From Tubiluchus corallicola (Eukaryota > Animalia > Priapulida): a stretch of 64,000 bases of DNA. The notes beneath the pieces were generated by a model that had not been told where the DNA came from, ran no database searches, and saw only the letters and a program-made list of their open reading frames with translations. Position numbers and translations under genes: made by a program. Positions 61,620 through 64,000 of this stretch are shown here, piece by piece; the stretch's first letter is position 1, and each line of letters starts with the position of its first letter. The stretch spans positions 1 through 64,000 of the forward strand of contig JAQGDQ010000672.1 of assembly GCA_030141605.1 (NCBI GenBank), written 5' to 3'.

Positions 61620-61830
61620 CTGATCCACTAGCAGGATCTTGCCTGGGAACAAGAAAAATGAACTAGGTAAGGTTCTAGCTAGCTGTTCAAACTGTTACTA
61701 TTACAACAGCATGGGCTGCGTATTGCAACAGGCATTGTCAAGTGTACACAAATGCGTTGTCTGCAACACTTAAACTTTGACCTTTTCACGATCATCATCA
61801 ATTGCAGGGCACAGTGAAAAGGCTTATTGG
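61620..61830. mobile_element. Interspersed repeat with an inverted copy at ~130-365
   Basis: CTAGCAGG..CTTGC.TGGGAACAAGAAAAA..GAACTAG..AAGGTTCTA is the reverse complement of ~305-357. Confidence 0.6.
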
Positions 61831-62453
61831 TGATAGGTAGCAACTGAGGTGCTGAGTTGCTTATTGATTTGTCAACAGTATTAATATTATCATTAATTAA
61901 TAAAACTTATTAATAAAAGAAGGTTTATTTATGTGCCCTATTAAGTTTTCTCTTAATGTACAAAGCAGTTCAATTCCTTTAACTTTATTTGCCAACAGTC
62001 TATCACTTTCTTCAGTTTCATCAGGTCTGCTTATTTATTACCTATTTGGCTTTTGTAAATACATAATTAGTGCTTAAGTTATTTTCTTTACTGCTCTGCT
62101 TATTCACCGCTTATGTGGCTTCTGTTAACTACTTAACTATCTGCCTATAGGCTAACATACTACAGGCTAACATAAATAGAGCTTAGAGGCTCTGCCTATA
62201 TGAATTGGTTATATGTTTGTAAATTTACCACTGATGATGACAGCAGCAGCCTGTCGAAATGTTTAGCATGGTTTTAACTTTTTATTGCAAAAGCTTTAAT
62301 AAAGTTGTGTTGTTTTTAACTGTAAATGTTTTTAAGTGCCTGTAATAAAAATTGACTCAAATAGTTTTTTTGTTATAATTTTTTTTAGATATATTCCCGA
62401 ATTCTTTCGACATAAAACAAGATTAAAACATTATTAACCAAATTTAACCGCAT

Positions 62454-62968
62454 TTAAAAACCATATACTATACCAATAGCAATACCAATACCAATGCCAA
62501 TACCAATAACAATACCAATAGCAGTACTAATAGTAGTTGTGCTCACTGTAGGTGGCTCACTAGTTGTGCTCACTGTAGATCGTTCACTGGTTGTACTCAC
62601 TGTAGGTGGTTCACTAGTTGTGCTCACTGTAGATGGCTCACTAGTTGTGCTGACTGTAGATGGCTCACTAGTTGTGATCACTGTAGATGGTTCACTGGTT
62701 GTGCTGACTGTAGATGGCTCACTAGTTGTGCTCACTGTAGATGGTTCACTAGTTGTGCTCACTGTAGATGGCTCATTAGTTGTGCTCAGTGTAGATGGCT
62801 CAGTGGTTTGGTTTGTTACGCCGTAGCAATACTCAAAATCCTCCCTGGTAGGCCTGACTATTCGACCTGTCTCTGGTTGTTCGCATTCTATGTAGTAGTA
62901 TTTGTGGTCTCTCCTCCATGGCTTGTTGAAAGCCCAACTTATGTCACAGTTGCATTTTATCTTACTCT
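62454..62968 (-). CDS. LRR protein terminal exon: LRRCT cap, 9-aa Ser/Thr repeats, hydrophobic C-terminus
   Basis: tttttgtag acceptor; ESKIKCNCDISWAF...IECEQP...DFEYCY, then ~10 x STTSEPSTV, then ISTAIGIVIGIGIGIAIGIVYGF*; frame continuous with the stop at 62454. Confidence 0.85.
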
Positions 62969-63738
62969 CTACAAAAATAACAAAAAAGAAACACGATTAT
63001 ATTAGTTGAAAACTAACACTTTGAATAACTGCACTTCAGGCTGTGAACATTGGATTATTTATTTATTAAAACATGATCATAAAATGAAATATTTACTATA
63101 TATCTAACAAAAATGAAAATGTAATACATCCCTTTCAACTTTCTCAATTTTGTCTTCTCAGTTTTTATTGAACTAGGAAACATTAACACAATACCACTGT
63201 GGACGTATTGTTTGTAAATTATTATGTTCTTTACTAAACGTGATAAATTTTTGATAGTACTTATGGTTTGTTTATTAAAATTTGATACTACAAAGTGTCG
63301 TTACTACTCATTGCATATTATATTTGCTGCTTACATTTTAGTTTATGATGCAGAATCTACATTTGATAATAATCCGGTAGTGTTATGATCAAACGTTATG
63401 ATGAAAATGCTTTTAATTATTATACATTACTACATATATATACTACACATATTACTATATATATATATATATATATATGCAATGGAATTAATACAATGGA
63501 ACTTATTTATAGTTATATATTGTATATTACAATATTACTTATTAATATATTATATATTACAATAAATAAGTCAATGTAAATCGTGATATTAAATAATTAA
63601 TTCTCTTCCCAGTATTAGGATGTAATTTTTAATTTTCTGGATAGGTAAACTGTTGATGATAAACTTGTACAACTGACCACATTCACTTCCAACTTGCAAC
63701 TTGTTTATTAGTAATCAAAATTTATAATTTTTACTCAC

Positions 63739-64000
63739 CTAGCAAGCGAATTTTCACCTGATTATTACTGATTGTTTTGCTGTTCAGTCTGGGTTCTTTG
63801 AGTGTTTCTATCGACGTCCCAGAGATGTCAATCATGTACAGATTTGGACTTTGTGTAAAAGACAAATGTCCTGTAACTGATGTCAGCTTCTGACAGTCCC
63901 AAATGTAGAAGTTCTCCAGGCTTTTCATTGTTTCAAACGCTTTTGAGTCAATTGTCTCTAGAGCTCTGAGCTGAGATAGAGTTAGGCCTTTGACGTCAGC
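63739..64000 (-). CDS. LRR protein penultimate exon, truncated by the window edge
   Basis: LTLSQLRALETIDSKAFETMKSLENFYIWDCQKLTSV...NLYMIDISGTSIETL; CTAG|gtgagt donor, phase 1 matches the next exon. Confidence 0.85.

Overview
AT-rich, intron-rich eukaryotic DNA, most likely an invertebrate animal; the taxon cannot be fixed from sequence alone. All well-supported genes are on the minus strand: (1) a secreted multi-WSC-domain gene (signal-peptide exon plus at least 3 symmetric WSC exons) running off the left edge; (2) a 9-finger C2H2 zinc-finger gene with a decaying 3' end; (3) an intronless 2059-aa repeat-rich ORF; (4) a complete 10-exon Wee1 kinase gene (54623..33300, 582 aa by manual splicing, all intron phases compatible); (5) the last two exons of an LRR/LRRCT/Ser-Thr-stalk/hydrophobic-tail protein at the right edge. 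The rest is non-autonomous DNA transposons (pogo/Tc1-, hAT- and Kolobok-like), LINE 3' ends, microsatellites and many minisatellites. The most striking feature is a ~27-copy 56-bp array made from the Wee1 catalytic-loop coding sequence plus its splice donor. Two other satellites also carry splice signals in their units, one resembling a microexon or recursive-splice array. Wee1 exon 3 is in frame with a LINE tail that carries a poly(A) signal, and there is an orphan sulfotransferase exon on the plus strand. Coordinates were read by eye and no database searches were run.
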